DNA of 63,727 nt, filler included, from Deltaproteobacteria bacterium (GTDB lineage: Bacteria > Myxococcota > JACRCW01), in the NCBI GenBank assembly GCA_016218805.1. It is 4 parts of 4 records of this genome, joined end to end, with 100 filler letters (N's around TTAATTAATTAA, not from the genome) between each part and the next. Parts side by side here need not be neighbours in the genome. Positions count along the whole stretch, not along the records: positions 38,136 to 57,071 come from JACRCW010000167.1; positions 57,172 to 63,727 come from JACRCW010000169.1; 2 more parts are not named here. One strand, given 5' to 3'. Below, piece by piece: positions 48,158 to 58,517 of this stretch. Both the position numbers and the translations under genes were made by a program. The notes under the pieces are model-generated. The model worked only from the letters and a program-made list of their open reading frames with translations. It was not told the origin of the DNA and searched no databases. How positions within the stretch are numbered: the stretch's first letter is position 1; the number at the start of each line of letters is the position of its first letter.

Positions 48158-49732
48158 ATGCGGTCAGCGAGAATCTGGGCCGGCGTGCTTTCGGCCTGCG
48201 TGATGTTCCCCCTGTTGGGCGGCTGCGAAGGTGACCCCGCCACGCCCGAGTACTGGGTGAAGGCCCTGACGGAGCGCAAGACGCGCGACCAGGCGCTCAA
48301 GGACATCCGCAAGGAAAAGCTGGCGGTCCACGTGGACGGCCTCATTGCCCTGTCCAAGGACGAAGACGACCTCACCCGTCCCGACGTGGCGCAGCTGCTG
48401 GGCCAGATTGGCGAGAAGTTCCCCGAGACGCGCGAAAAGGTGGGCCCCGCGCTCAAGGAGATGGCGGATTACGGCGTGGGCGGCGCATCCGACAAGGCCA
48501 GCCGCGCCAAGAACAACACCAACAAGAACATCTGTGATGCCATGGCGCGCATCCACTACAGCGCCGGCGCCGAGGTGCTGGTCCGCCTGCTGGACAGCAA
48601 GGACCAGAACACGCGCCTGGCCGCCGTCACGGCGCTGGGCGAAATCGACGCCACCTCCGCCACCGACAAGCTCATCAAGGTTGTGGAGGAGGATGACAAC
48701 AACTTCATGGTGAAGAACGCCATCAAGGCGCTGGGGAACATTGGTGATGCCAAGGCGGTGCCGGCCCTGGTGCGCATGCTGTTCTTTGAGCGCGCGGTGT
48801 CGTTCTACGCGGAGTCCTCCTACGCGCTGTTCCAGATTGGCAAGCCGGCGGTACCCGCGCTGGTGGACACGCTGGGCGGGAAGAAGGACCACCTGCAGAA
48901 GCTGCCGGTGGCGCCGGACCCCTGGATCGTCAAGGCCAAGTGCATTGAGGTGCTGGCGGACATTGGTGACGCCAAGGCCGGCGAAGCCGCAATGAGCGTC
49001 CTCAAGGCGCCGGACTCCGGCGTGGCGTTCCAGATCATTGCCGCGCAGAAGGCGGCCACCGCGGCGGGGCGCCTGGGCGTGAAGGACGCCGTGCCGTTCC
49101 TGCGGAAGATGGCCAGCAGCATTGACGTCACGCAGGCGGAGTTGCCGCTGGAAGCGCTGGAGCTCATTGGCGACCGCGCCGCCGGCGCGGAGATGGTCCG
49201 GTTGGCGGCCACGGATGTGTTCATGGCGGATTGCCAGAAGCAGTTTGACGCCGAGGCGTGCAAGAACAGTGCGGAAGAGGTGCGCCAGCTGCGCCTGGAG
49301 GCGGGCACCCGCCTGGCCGGCGCCTCTGAACTGGGCGCCGTGGAGAAGATGGAAGCCGCTGAGAAGGACGCCAAGCTCAAGGAGATGATTGGCAAGGAGA
49401 AGGCGCGGCTGGTGGCGGCCAAGGAATGCGGTGACAAGGCGGAGTGCTGGGCGGGCAAGCTCAAGGACCCCAACCCCAAGGTTCGCGACAAGGCCGGCTG
49501 GGAGCTCTCCTGGGCCAAGAAGGCGGACACCTCCGCCGCGCTCATTGAGGCGCTCAAGGATGAGGACCTGGAGGCGCGGTTTGCGGTGTTTGTGGCGCTG
49601 AGCCGCCTGATGCCCAAGGAGGGCGCGGACAAGGTGGCGGCCATCCTGAAGGCGGAGACCGGCAAGCTGCAGTTCATCAAGATCAACGAGGACCTCAAGC
49701 GCCTCGAGATCAAGATGCGGCGCGGCTACTGA
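48158..49732 (+). CDS. HEAT-repeat lipoprotein
   Basis: LLGGC lipobox; RLAAVTALGEI, AIKALGNIGD..AVPALV repeats. Confidence 0.88.
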   Translation: MRSARIWAGVLSACVMFPLLGGCEGDPATPEYWVKALTERKTRDQALKDIRKEKLAVHVDGLIALSKDEDDLTRPDVAQLLGQIGEKFPETREKVGPALKEMADYGVGGASDKASRAKNNTNKNICDAMARIHYSAGAEVLVRLLDSKDQNTRLAAVTALGEIDATSATDKLIKVVEEDDNNFMVKNAIKALGNIGDAKAVPALVRMLFFERAVSFYAESSYALFQIGKPAVPALVDTLGGKKDHLQKLPVAPDPWIVKAKCIEVLADIGDAKAGEAAMSVLKAPDSGVAFQIIAAQKAATAAGRLGVKDAVPFLRKMASSIDVTQAELPLEALELIGDRAAGAEMVRLAATDVFMADCQKQFDAEACKNSAEEVRQLRLEAGTRLAGASELGAVEKMEAAEKDAKLKEMIGKEKARLVAAKECGDKAECWAGKLKDPNPKVRDKAGWELSWAKKADTSAALIEALKDEDLEARFAVFVALSRLMPKEGADKVAAILKAETGKLQFIKINEDLKRLEIKMRRGY

Positions 49733-50310
49733 GCCGGGTCCGGCAGCAGGTCCAGCTTGGCGTACACCTCGTGCAGCGCGAGCGCCGCGCTCAGCGCGGG
49801 TAGCTCCAGCACCGCCTCCTTCCCCTGCGCCACCGTGAGAATCCACTGGCCGGTGGGGAGGCGGTGGAAGTGCTCAATCCGCTCTTCCAGCTGACTCACC
49901 AGCAGGTACTCCTCCAGAGACGGGATGTTCCGGTAGTCCGCGAACTTGGCGCCGCGGTCGTACGCCTCGGTGGAGTCGGACAATACCTCGACGAGCAGCA
50001 CGGGGTTGGTGAGCGAGTCCGCATCCCGGGTGTGCATCTGCTGCCGTCCACACGCCACCGACACGTCGGGGTAGCAGTAGGCGCCAGTGGAGGGGATGTG
50101 GATGCGCTGGTCGGGGCCGTAGACGATGCAGGGGCGGCTCCGCAGCAGCACCGAGAGGGAGGAGAGGATGTTGGCGGCGATGACGTTGTGCCGGGCTGAC
50201 GCACCGGACATGGCGAGGATCTCGCCGTTGATGAACTCGTGCTTGGTGTCGCTGCGGCGCTCCTGTTCCAGGTAGGTCGCCTCGTCCATCTTTGCTCGCG
50301 TGGCAATCAT
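49726..50310 (-). CDS. Uma2 family endonuclease
   Basis: HEFING..LAMSGAS..H, YPDVSV, VEVLSDSTEAYDRGAKF..Y..IPSLEEYLLVSQ. Confidence 0.93.
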   Translation of the reverse strand: MIATRAKMDEATYLEQERRSDTKHEFINGEILAMSGASARHNVIAANILSSLSVLLRSRPCIVYGPDQRIHIPSTGAYCYPDVSVACGRQQMHTRDADSLTNPVLLVEVLSDSTEAYDRGAKFADYRNIPSLEEYLLVSQLEERIEHFHRLPTGQWILTVAQGKEAVLELPALSAALALHEVYAKLDLLPDPAQ

Positions 50311-50420
50311 GCACTGAAGGGTAGCCCCTGCAGCGAGACTGTCCAATCCGCCGACCGCCGCGGACTGCGGGGCGGTACCCCGCGCATCCGCGTGCGCCAT
50401 CTCCTAGGCTGCTGCACGCC

Positions 50421-53400
50421 ATGGCCCGCGCCTCCGACGTCCTGACCCGCTTCCACCCCACGGTGGCGGAGTGGTTCCGCGCCTCCTTTGACGCTCCTAC
50501 GCGCGCCCAGGAGCGCGCCTGGCCGCCCATCCTGGACGGGAAATCCACGCTGCTGTTGGCACCCACCGGCAGCGGCAAGACGCTGGCGGCGTTCCTGGCG
50601 GCCATTGACCGGTTGATGTTTGCCCCGCGCGCGGCCGGGCGCGGCTGCCGCGTGCTGTACGTCTCCCCGCTCAAGGCGCTGGCCGTGGACGTGGAGCGCA
50701 ACCTGCGCGCGCCCATTGCCGGCATCACGGCGGCGGCGCAGCGGCGCGGGGAGGCGCACCACGTCCCGGACATTGCCATCCGCACCGGTGACACGGAGAG
50801 CCGCGAACGCGCCCGCATCCGCCGCCACCCTCCGGACATCCTCATCACCACCCCGGAGTCGCTGTATCTCATGCTCACCAGCGGCGCGCGGGACGTGCTG
50901 GCCGGCGTGGAGACGGTGATCATTGACGAGATCCACGCCGTGGCGCCCACCAAGCGCGGCACGCACCTCATGCTGACGCTGGAGCGGCTGGAAGCGCTGC
51001 GCAAGGACGCGCCGCCACTGCAGCGCATTGGCCTGTCCGCCACGCAGCGCCCTTTGGAGGAGATTGCCCGGCTGTTGGGCGGCGGCAACCCGTCCGCGGA
51101 CGGCGGGTGGACGCCGCGGGCGGTGGAGGTGGTGGACGCGGGACACCGGCGCGCGCTGGAGGTGCGCGTGGAGGTCCCGGTGGAGGACATGTCCCGGCTC
51201 AGTGACGATGACACGGGGCCGACCTCGCGCAGCATCTGGCCGGCCATCCACCCGCGGCTGGTGGAACTGGTGCGGGCGCACCGTTCCACCATGATCTTTG
51301 TGAACAGCCGGCGCCTGTCAGAGCGCCTGGCCGGCGCACTCAACGAAGCCGCAGGCGAGCCGCTGGTGGAGGCGCACCACGGGTCCATCTCCAAGGAGAA
51401 GCGCGCGGAGATTGAGGACCGCCTCAAGAAGGGGGACCTCCCGGCCATGGTGGCGACCTCCTCCATGGAGCTGGGCGTGGACATGGGCGCCGTGGACCTG
51501 GTCATCCAGGTGGAGGCGCCGCCGTCGGTGGCGTCGGGCATGCAGCGCATTGGGCGCGCGGGGCACCAGGTGGGCGCGGTGTCCAAGGGCGTGGTGTTCC
51601 CGAAATTCCGCGGGGACCTGCTGGCGTGCGCGGCCGCGGTCTCCCGCATGCAGGAAGGCGAAGTGGAATCCACGGCGTACCCGCGCAACCCGCTGGACGT
51701 GCTGGCGCAGCAGGTGGTGGCCATGGTGGCCATGGAGCCCATGCACGTGGACGAGGTGTACGACCTGGTCCGGCGCGCGGCCCCGTATGCGGAGCTGCCG
51801 CGCGGCGGGTTTGAAGGCGTGCTGGACATGCTGTCCGGGCGCTACCCGTCGGACGAGCTCAGCGAGCTGCGGCCGCGCGTGACGTGGGACCGCGTGAGCG
51901 GGCGGCTGACCGCGCGCGCGGGCGCCCAGCACGTGGCGATCACCAACGCGGGGACGATTCCCGACCGCGGCCTGTACGGCGTGTACCTGGCCACCGATGC
52001 GGGCGCGAAGAGCCGGCGCGTGGGCGAACTCGACGAGGAGATGGTGTTCGAGAGCCGCGTGGGGGACGTGTTCCTGCTGGGCGCGTCGTCATGGCGGATT
52101 GAGGACATCACGCATGACCGCGTGCTGGTGACGCCCGCGCCGGGGCAGCCGGGGCGGATGCCCTTCTGGCACGGGGACCGCCCGGGGCGGCCGCTGGAAT
52201 TCGGCCGGGCCATTGGGGCGCTGGCGCGCAAGCTGGTGGGCATGGAGCGCGCGGCGGCGGCGGAGCACCTGGCCACGGCGCACGGGCTGGACGAGAACGC
52301 CCGCCACAACCTGCTGGCCTACCTGCACGAACAGAAGGACGCCACCGGGGAAGTCCCCTCGGACCGTGCCGTGGTGGTGGAGCGCTACCAGGACGAGGTG
52401 GGCGACTGGCGCGTGTGCGTGATGACACCGCTGGGCGCGCGCGTGCACGCGCCGTGGGCCGCGGTGGTGGCCGGCCGGCTGCGCGCGGCCACGGACGCGC
52501 ACGTGGAGATGCTGTGGTCCGACGACGGGATGGTGTTCCGGCTGCCGGACGCGGACCGCCCGCCGCCGGTGGAGTGGTTCCTCCCCGACCCGGATGACGT
52601 GGAGGGCGAGCTGGTAACGGGACTGGGCGCCACCAGCCTGTTTGCTTCCCACTTCCGCGAGAACGCGGCGCGCGCACTGCTGCTGCCGCGCAGGGACCCG
52701 CGCAAACGGTCGCCGTTGTGGGCACAGCGCAAACGCGCGGCGGACCTGCTGGCGGTGGCCTCCCGCTTCCCGTCCTTTCCCATCATCCTGGAGACCTACC
52801 GGCAGTGCCTTCGTGACGTGTTTGACCTCCCGGGCCTGCTGGAGGTGCTGGCGGCCATCCGCTCCCGCAAGGTGCGCGTGACCACGGTGGACAGCCGCAC
52901 TCCCAGCCCGTTTGCCGCGTCCTTGATGTTCACCTACGTGGCCAATTTCATCTACGACCAGGACGCCCCCCTGGCGGAGCGCCGCGCGCAGGCGCTCACC
53001 GTGGACCACGCGCAGCTGCGTGAACTGCTGGGGGACGCGGAGCTGCGCGAGCTGCTGGACCCTGACGCGGTGGAGGGCGTGGGGCGGGGGCTGCAGCGGC
53101 TGGACGGGCGGCTGCCGCTCAAAGCCGCGGACCACGTGCATGACCTGCTCCGCGTGCTGGGGGACCTCACCGACGACGAGATTGCCGCGCGCGGGGCGGA
53201 GCCCGGGCAGCTGCAGGGATGGCTGGGGGACCTGGGCGAGGCGCGCCGGGTGCTGCAGGTCACCGTGGCGGGCGAGCGCCGGCGCATCGCCGTGGAGGAT
53301 GCGGGCCGTTACCGGGACGCGCTGGGCGCGGTGCCGCCGCCGGGCGTGCCGCAGGTGTTCCTGGAGGCGGGTGCGGACCCGTTGGGTGATCTGGTGGCCC

Positions 53401-54875
53401 GCTACGCGCGCACGCACGGGCCGTTCACCGTGGAACAGGTGGCGCGGCGGTTGGGCCTGGGCGTGGCGCCGGTGCTGGGCGTGCTGCGGCGGCTGGCGGA
53501 GCGCGGCAAGGTGCTGGAGGGGGAGTTTGTCCCGGGCGGCCACGGGCGCGAATGGGTGGACTCCGACGTGCTGCGGGCCATCAAGCGGCGCAGCCTGGCG
53601 CGGTTGCGGCGCGAGGTGGAGCCGGTGGAGCCGCGCGTCCTGGCGCGGTTCCTGGCTGACTGGCAGGGGCTCACGCGTCCGCGCGCCGGCCTGGATGCGC
53701 TGCTGGGTGTGGTGGAGCAGCTGCAGGGCGCGGCCATCCCGGCCAGCGTGTTGGAGTCTGAGGTGCTGCCCGCGCGCGTGGAGGGTTACCGGCCGGGTGA
53801 CCTGGACGCGCTGTGCACCGCGGGGGAGGTGGCCTGGCGCGGCCTGGAGCCCCTGGGCCCGCACGACGGGCGGATTGCGCTGTACCTGGTGGACCAGGTG
53901 GCGCTGCTGGCCCCGCCGCCCCTGCCCGTGGAGGGTGAGCTGGCCGCGCGCATCCGCACGCTGCTGGCCGAGCGCGGCGCGCTGTTCTTTGCCGACATCA
54001 CCGCGCGGACCGGTGTGTTCCCGCAGGACGTGTTGCGCACGCTGTGGGACCTGGTCTGGGCCGGCGAGGTCACCAATGACACGCTCGCCCCGCTGCGCTC
54101 GTTGCTGCGCGCCTCGGGGCAGGCGGCCAAGCACCCGCGCAGCCGCAGCGCCACCTTCCGCTCACGCCGCAGCCTGCCGCCGGGGAGCGAAGGCCGCTGG
54201 TCACTGCTGACCGTCCAAGGCAGCCACACCGAGACGGAGCGGCGCATGGCACTGGTGCGCACGCTGCTGGAGCGCCACGGCGTGCTCACGCGTGAGGCCG
54301 TGCACGCGGAGGGCATCCCCGGGGGCTTCTCCGCCGTGTACGACGTGCTGGGGGCCATGGAGGAGACCGGGAAGGTGCGGCGCGGGTACTTTGTGGCGGG
54401 CCTGGGCGCCACGCAGTTTGCCCTGCCCGGCGCGGACGAGCGCTTGCGCGCCCACCGCGAGGTCCCCGACGACAAGCGCACCCACGTGCTGGCCGCCACC
54501 GACCCGGCCAACCCGTACGGGGCCGCGCTGCCGTGGCCGGAGCGCGAGGGCACCCGGCCCGCCCGCGCCGCGGGGGCCCAGGTGGTGATCCATGACGGGG
54601 CGCTGGCCGCGTTTGCGCGCAGCACGGAGAAGAACGTGCTCACCTTCTTCCCGGAGGAGGAGCCCGCCCGCGGCGAGATGGCGGCGGCGGTGGCCCGGGT
54701 CCTCTCCGCCCGCGTGGACGAGGGCCGTGCGCGCGCGCTGCTGGTGGGCCAGGTGGATGGGGCAGATCCCCGGGACAGCGCGCTGGGGCGCGAACTGGCC
54801 GAGCGCGGTTTCCAGCCGGGCATGCGCGGCCTGATGAAGCGGGCCAGCCCGTCGGGGCGGCTACCGCCGCGCTGA
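50421..54875 (+). CDS. lhr: Lhr family ATP-dependent helicase (full length)
   Basis: APTGSGKT, YVSPLKAL, DEIH, LSAT, HHGS, QRIGRAGH, GTIPDRG, ATDPANPYG. Confidence 0.95.
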   Translation: MARASDVLTRFHPTVAEWFRASFDAPTRAQERAWPPILDGKSTLLLAPTGSGKTLAAFLAAIDRLMFAPRAAGRGCRVLYVSPLKALAVDVERNLRAPIAGITAAAQRRGEAHHVPDIAIRTGDTESRERARIRRHPPDILITTPESLYLMLTSGARDVLAGVETVIIDEIHAVAPTKRGTHLMLTLERLEALRKDAPPLQRIGLSATQRPLEEIARLLGGGNPSADGGWTPRAVEVVDAGHRRALEVRVEVPVEDMSRLSDDDTGPTSRSIWPAIHPRLVELVRAHRSTMIFVNSRRLSERLAGALNEAAGEPLVEAHHGSISKEKRAEIEDRLKKGDLPAMVATSSMELGVDMGAVDLVIQVEAPPSVASGMQRIGRAGHQVGAVSKGVVFPKFRGDLLACAAAVSRMQEGEVESTAYPRNPLDVLAQQVVAMVAMEPMHVDEVYDLVRRAAPYAELPRGGFEGVLDMLSGRYPSDELSELRPRVTWDRVSGRLTARAGAQHVAITNAGTIPDRGLYGVYLATDAGAKSRRVGELDEEMVFESRVGDVFLLGASSWRIEDITHDRVLVTPAPGQPGRMPFWHGDRPGRPLEFGRAIGALARKLVGMERAAAAEHLATAHGLDENARHNLLAYLHEQKDATGEVPSDRAVVVERYQDEVGDWRVCVMTPLGARVHAPWAAVVAGRLRAATDAHVEMLWSDDGMVFRLPDADRPPPVEWFLPDPDDVEGELVTGLGATSLFASHFRENAARALLLPRRDPRKRSPLWAQRKRAADLLAVASRFPSFPIILETYRQCLRDVFDLPGLLEVLAAIRSRKVRVTTVDSRTPSPFAASLMFTYVANFIYDQDAPLAERRAQALTVDHAQLRELLGDAELRELLDPDAVEGVGRGLQRLDGRLPLKAADHVHDLLRVLGDLTDDEIAARGAEPGQLQGWLGDLGEARRVLQVTVAGERRRIAVEDAGRYRDALGAVPPPGVPQVFLEAGADPLGDLVARYARTHGPFTVEQVARRLGLGVAPVLGVLRRLAERGKVLEGEFVPGGHGREWVDSDVLRAIKRRSLARLRREVEPVEPRVLARFLADWQGLTRPRAGLDALLGVVEQLQGAAIPASVLESEVLPARVEGYRPGDLDALCTAGEVAWRGLEPLGPHDGRIALYLVDQVALLAPPPLPVEGELAARIRTLLAERGALFFADITARTGVFPQDVLRTLWDLVWAGEVTNDTLAPLRSLLRASGQAAKHPRSRSATFRSRRSLPPGSEGRWSLLTVQGSHTETERRMALVRTLLERHGVLTREAVHAEGIPGGFSAVYDVLGAMEETGKVRRGYFVAGLGATQFALPGADERLRAHREVPDDKRTHVLAATDPANPYGAALPWPEREGTRPARAAGAQVVIHDGALAAFARSTEKNVLTFFPEEEPARGEMAAAVARVLSARVDEGRARALLVGQVDGADPRDSALGRELAERGFQPGMRGLMKRASPSGRLPPR

Positions 54876-54938
54876 CCGGAGGGCGCCCCTGCCGCGGACG
54901 CGCAAAGGCGCTACAAGCGCGCCCGGAGGAAGGACGCC

Positions 54939-55295
54939 ATGGGGACGCAGGGCAAGCTCATCCAGCCGCGGGACATCAAGGACGACGCCGCCCGGCGCGA
55001 GATTGTGATCCCGTGGACGGACGGGCACCTCTCCCGCTTCCCCTACCAGGTGCTGCGCGGCTGGTGCCCGTGCGCCGAGTGCCAGGGCCACGGCGGGACG
55101 CTGACCTGGCAGGAGGTGCCGCCGGTGGGTTTTGTGAAGGTGCAGCCGGTGGGGCTGTATGGCGCCCAGTTCACCTGGAGCGACATGCACGGCCACGGCA
55201 TCTTCCGCTTTGATTACCTGCGCGAGCTGTGTTGCTGCGAGGCCTGCACCAAACAGCGCGGCGGCAAACCCCCGCGCCCCGCCGCTGCCGGCTGA
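54939..55295 (+). CDS. DUF971 / gamma-butyrobetaine hydroxylase-like N-terminal domain protein
   Basis: WTDGH...LRGWCPCAEC...VGLYG...WSDMHGHGIF.FDYLR. Confidence 0.88.
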   Translation: MGTQGKLIQPRDIKDDAARREIVIPWTDGHLSRFPYQVLRGWCPCAECQGHGGTLTWQEVPPVGFVKVQPVGLYGAQFTWSDMHGHGIFRFDYLRELCCCEACTKQRGGKPPRPAAAG

Positions 55296-55383
55296 ACGGT
55301 CCCCACAAGACGCCGACAGCGCGGCCACCGGCGTTGGACCGGCGGACCGCGCTGCGGGGTACTGCTCCAACGGAAGACGCCGA

Positions 55384-55776
55384 TCAGCGCTTGCTGTACT
55401 GGAAGCGCTTGCGGGCGCCGGGCTTGCCGTACTTCTTGCGCTCCACCTGGCGCGCATCACGCGTCAGGAAGCCCGCCTTCTTCAGCGGCGAACGGAAGTC
55501 CGCCTGGGCGGTGGACAGCGCGCGGGCCAACCCGTGGCGCACCGCGCCGGCCTGGCCGGACTGGCCGCCACCGCACACCGTCACGTGGATGTTCCACTTG
55601 CCGCGCGCCTCGGTCACATCCAGCGGCTGCATCAGCATCATGCGGAGCGCCTCGCGCGGGAAGTAGTTCTCCAGCGTGCGGCGGTTGACGGAGATCTGGC
55701 CGTCACCGGGGCTGATCCAGACGCGGGCGGTGGCTTCCTTGCGGCGGCCGGTGGCGTAGTAGCGGGATTCTTTCAT
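55384..55776 (-). CDS. rpsI: 30S ribosomal protein S9
   Basis: [23 protein letters not shown]-terminal QYSKR. Confidence 0.99.
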   Translation of the reverse strand: MKESRYYATGRRKEATARVWISPGDGQISVNRRTLENYFPREALRMMLMQPLDVTEARGKWNIHVTVCGGGQSGQAGAVRHGLARALSTAQADFRSPLKKAGFLTRDARQVERKKYGKPGARKRFQYSKR

Positions 55777-55819
55777 GGCATTCGTCTCGAACCGTCAGGG
55801 GTGAGGAAGAAAGGTGGGC

Positions 55820-56272
55820 TCAGTCCTGGATGGCCAGGGGCTTGGGCTGCTGCGCCTTGTGGGGGTGATCCGCACCCTTGTAGACCTTCAGCTTGGTGAA
55901 CTGGTGGCGTCCCATGCGCGTCTTGGGGAGCATGCCCTTCACGGCAATCTCCACCATCCGCTCGGGGTGCTGCGCGCGCATCTTGTCCGCCGCGGTGGCG
56001 CGTTCACCGCCCGGGAACTCGGTGTGACGCCAGTAGATCTTCTCCGTCTCCTTCTTGCCGGTCAGCACCACCTTCTCGGCGTTGACCACAACCACAAAGT
56101 CCCCCGTGTCCAGGTAGGGGGTGAAGGCGGCCTTGTTCTTGCCGCGCAGGACCATGGCCACCTGGGAGGCCAGCCGGCCCAGCGTCTTGCCGGCGGCATC
56201 CACCACGAACCACTGCGCGTTGATCTGTTCAGGCGTCGCGGGACGCGTGGGCAGGTGCTGCTTGGACGACAT
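55820..56272 (-). CDS. rplM: 50S ribosomal protein L13
   Basis: [42 protein letters not shown]. Confidence 0.99.
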   Translation of the reverse strand: MSSKQHLPTRPATPEQINAQWFVVDAAGKTLGRLASQVAMVLRGKNKAAFTPYLDTGDFVVVVNAEKVVLTGKKETEKIYWRHTEFPGGERATAADKMRAQHPERMVEIAVKGMLPKTRMGRHQFTKLKVYKGADHPHKAQQPKPLAIQD

Positions 56273-56442
56273 GGCGCGTACCTATCCGATTGCTTGGTTT
56301 CCGGACCGCGGCCCCGTTGGCGATCCCCGACGGCGGGCCCCGATCCTCAAAAGGGGTGGCGCATATACGGGAACCCGGCCATGTGCGTCAAGCACAATCA
56401 CCGTCCCCGGCGCGGGGATCCGCGACGGAAACCCCCTCCCAG

Positions 56443-56488
56443 AAAACGCGAAACCCCGCCTCCCTTGCGGAAGGCGGGGTCTCGTTTT
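56443..56488. terminator. Probable (bidirectional) intrinsic terminator
   Basis: AAAACGCGAAACCCCGCCT...AGGCGGGGTCTCGTTTT hairpin about 40 nt after the 56528 stop. Confidence 0.7.
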
Positions 56489-56527
56489 CCCAAGACCTCC
56501 AGGTTGCCCCGGCGGCTCAGGTCAGAC

Positions 56528-57007
56528 TCACTTCACCGGGGCTTCGCCACCACCGACCTGGATCTCCGGGCGGTTCAGGTTGGCGAACATGGTCTGCGTG
56601 GCAATCCAGTTCATGCCCAGCCACACAAGCGCGCCCAACGTCCAACCGATGTAGGGCACCACCCAGATGACGTTGCCGACGATGTGCCAGACCAGAGAGG
56701 GGAGCGCCCACTCCAGGTCAAAGCCCTGGCCGAGCAGAGCGATCGGGCCCCAGACTGCGCCGTAGGGCAGCAGGCCGACGATCGTCAGCAGCATCTTCTT
56801 TTCTTCCAACTGGGGCTTCAGGTTGTCCGGCCACATGAATGCGAACCAGACCTTGCCGCCGCCCTCCGCAGCGGGAGCAGCTTCACCTTCAGTCATGACC
56901 AAGGGGGCCTTCTGGGGGGCCGCGTGAGCAGCCGCCGGGGCCAAGGCGCTGAGCGCCAGGGAGAGGGCCGCACCAGCAACAACAGTCTTCGCCATCGCGC
57001 TGAACAT
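56528..57007 (-). CDS. Hypothetical membrane protein
   Basis: AGGAGG RBS, signal peptide and 2-3 hydrophobic segments. Confidence 0.7.
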   Translation of the reverse strand: MFSAMAKTVVAGAALSLALSALAPAAAHAAPQKAPLVMTEGEAAPAAEGGGKVWFAFMWPDNLKPQLEEKKMLLTIVGLLPYGAVWGPIALLGQGFDLEWALPSLVWHIVGNVIWVVPYIGWTLGALVWLGMNWIATQTMFANLNRPEIQVGGGEAPVK

Positions 57008-57071
57008 CAACTTCCTCCTGTTTGCGGGGCCTCTGGCCCCATCTTTGGTTGTTCCTAGCTCCAACACCAGA

Positions 57072-57171
57072 NNNNNNNNNNNNNNNNNNNNNNNNNNNNN
57101 NNNNNNNNNNNNNNNTTAATTAATTAANNNNNNNNNNNNNNNNNNNNNNNNNNNNNNNNNNNNNNNNNNNN
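57072..57171. other. Artificial contig spacer
   Basis: N run with TTAATTAATTAA. Confidence 0.99.
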
Positions 57172-57334
57172 GGGCACCCGCCGTGCAGGCGGCACCGGGG
57201 AGCAGGAGCGCGCCACCCCCGGAGCTGCTGCTGGATGATGACGACCCGCCAGTCCCGTTGCCATCGTTGTCGCCGCACGCCAGCGCGCCGCACACCAGCG
57301 CCACCATCCCAAATCCGACCCGGCATCCCGCCAT
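57172..57334 (-). CDS. Partial lipoprotein with a Ser/Gly linker (runs off the contig)
   Basis: VALVCGALAC lipobox then GTGGSSSSSSSSGGG; start uncertain. Confidence 0.5.
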
Positions 57335-57360
57335 GACCGCCCCTTTCAACATGGCGCGCC

Positions 57361-58041
57361 TCAGTGCGCGCTGTTTCGCCAGCCCTGCGCCAGCGGTGGA
57401 AGCGCATCCTTCAAGCCGTCCAACACAAACTGCACAGCGATGGCGGCGAGGATCAATCCCATGATCCGGCCCAGGATGCGCAGGCCGGTGTCTCCCAGCA
57501 CCTTCTTGACGGCGTTGCTGTGCGCCAGGACCACAAACGCGGTGAAGCACGTCACCACAATGGACACCAGCAGGACCGCGGTGTGCACCGGCGTCACCGC
57601 CTGCACGCCCAGTGAAACCACCGTGGCAATGGCGCCCGGGCCGGACAGGATGGGGATGGCCAGCGGGACCAGGGCCACGTCCGGCTTTTCAATTCCCTCT
57701 TGCACTTCCTCGTCTGTCTGCTTGGCGCGGGAGGGGCGCGCGGACACCATCTCCGTCCCCACGGTGAACAGGATCACCCCGCCGGCAATGCGCAGCGCGG
57801 CCACGGTGAACCCAAAGAACGTGAACAGCAGGTTCCCGGTGAGCGCGAAGAACCCCAGCACGCCCGCCGCAATGAGCGACGCCCGCCGTGCCATGGCGCG
57901 CTGCTGGCCGGGCGTGTCCTGCGCCGTCATGGCCAGGAACACGGGCACCGCGCCCGGCGGGTCCACAATGATGAACACGCTGGGCAGGCACAGCAGCACA
58001 AAGCTCCACAGCCCCGGGCCAGTATCAAGGAACGTCATCAC
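57361..58041 (-). CDS. MarC family integral membrane protein
   Basis: IVDPPGAVPVF, RIAGGVILF, VPLAIPILSGPGAI, RIMGLILAAIAVQF. Confidence 0.93.
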   Translation of the reverse strand: MMTFLDTGPGLWSFVLLCLPSVFIIVDPPGAVPVFLAMTAQDTPGQQRAMARRASLIAAGVLGFFALTGNLLFTFFGFTVAALRIAGGVILFTVGTEMVSARPSRAKQTDEEVQEGIEKPDVALVPLAIPILSGPGAIATVVSLGVQAVTPVHTAVLLVSIVVTCFTAFVVLAHSNAVKKVLGDTGLRILGRIMGLILAAIAVQFVLDGLKDALPPLAQGWRNSAH

Positions 58042-58237
58042 GCACTTCCTCAGGCTGCGGCAGGGTCAAACCCGCCTGCCGGCACGCCACCGCAGCCCGG
58101 GATCCTGGGTTTGGTGCGGCGCAGCGGCGCATGCGCCGGACGGTAGAGGCAAACTCCCGCGCGGGCACGCCGCGTCAGCACTGGAACCGCGCAGCGCGGG
58201 GTGCATGTGGGTAGGGGTGAGGAACAAGCCCGGCCCG

Positions 58238-58517
58238 GGATGCCCGCGCACGCCGGCAAGCCCCCCTGGGCGCACGGAGTGCCTTGCCGGATTCCCGGGG
58301 AGCCCCCTGGGGTGCGTTGGGGGGCTCGCCGGAACGCCGGCGCGCCGGTCTGGCCGCGCGCACGGGCATGCCGGGATTCCGGCGAACCGGTCCGCCGGCC
58401 GCTGGGTGGGTTGCAGGATTGCCGGCGGGTCACCCGTGCCGCGCGAAGTGCCTCGCCGGAAACCGGGGGAGACCCTCAGCGCGCGTGGAGGGGCGCGCAG
58501 GGAAACCGCCCGGTTCA
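58238..58517. repeat. Degenerate tandem array, 42-43 bp period, about 6.5 units
   Basis: Units start at 58238, 58281, 58323, 58365, 58408, 58450 and 58492, with a core like G(G/C)CT(T/C)GCCGGA...CCGG(C/G)G. Confidence 0.7.

Noticed and set aside
49726..54875. Uma2 + Lhr as a defence system
   Set aside because: They are divergently oriented; Uma2 genes are scattered and common and Lhr is a widespread repair helicase. No evidence of linkage.
58238..58517. 42-bp array as a CRISPR array
   Set aside because: Repeats are too degenerate, the period is shorter than typical, and there are no cas genes or AT-rich leader. Kept as an unexplained array.
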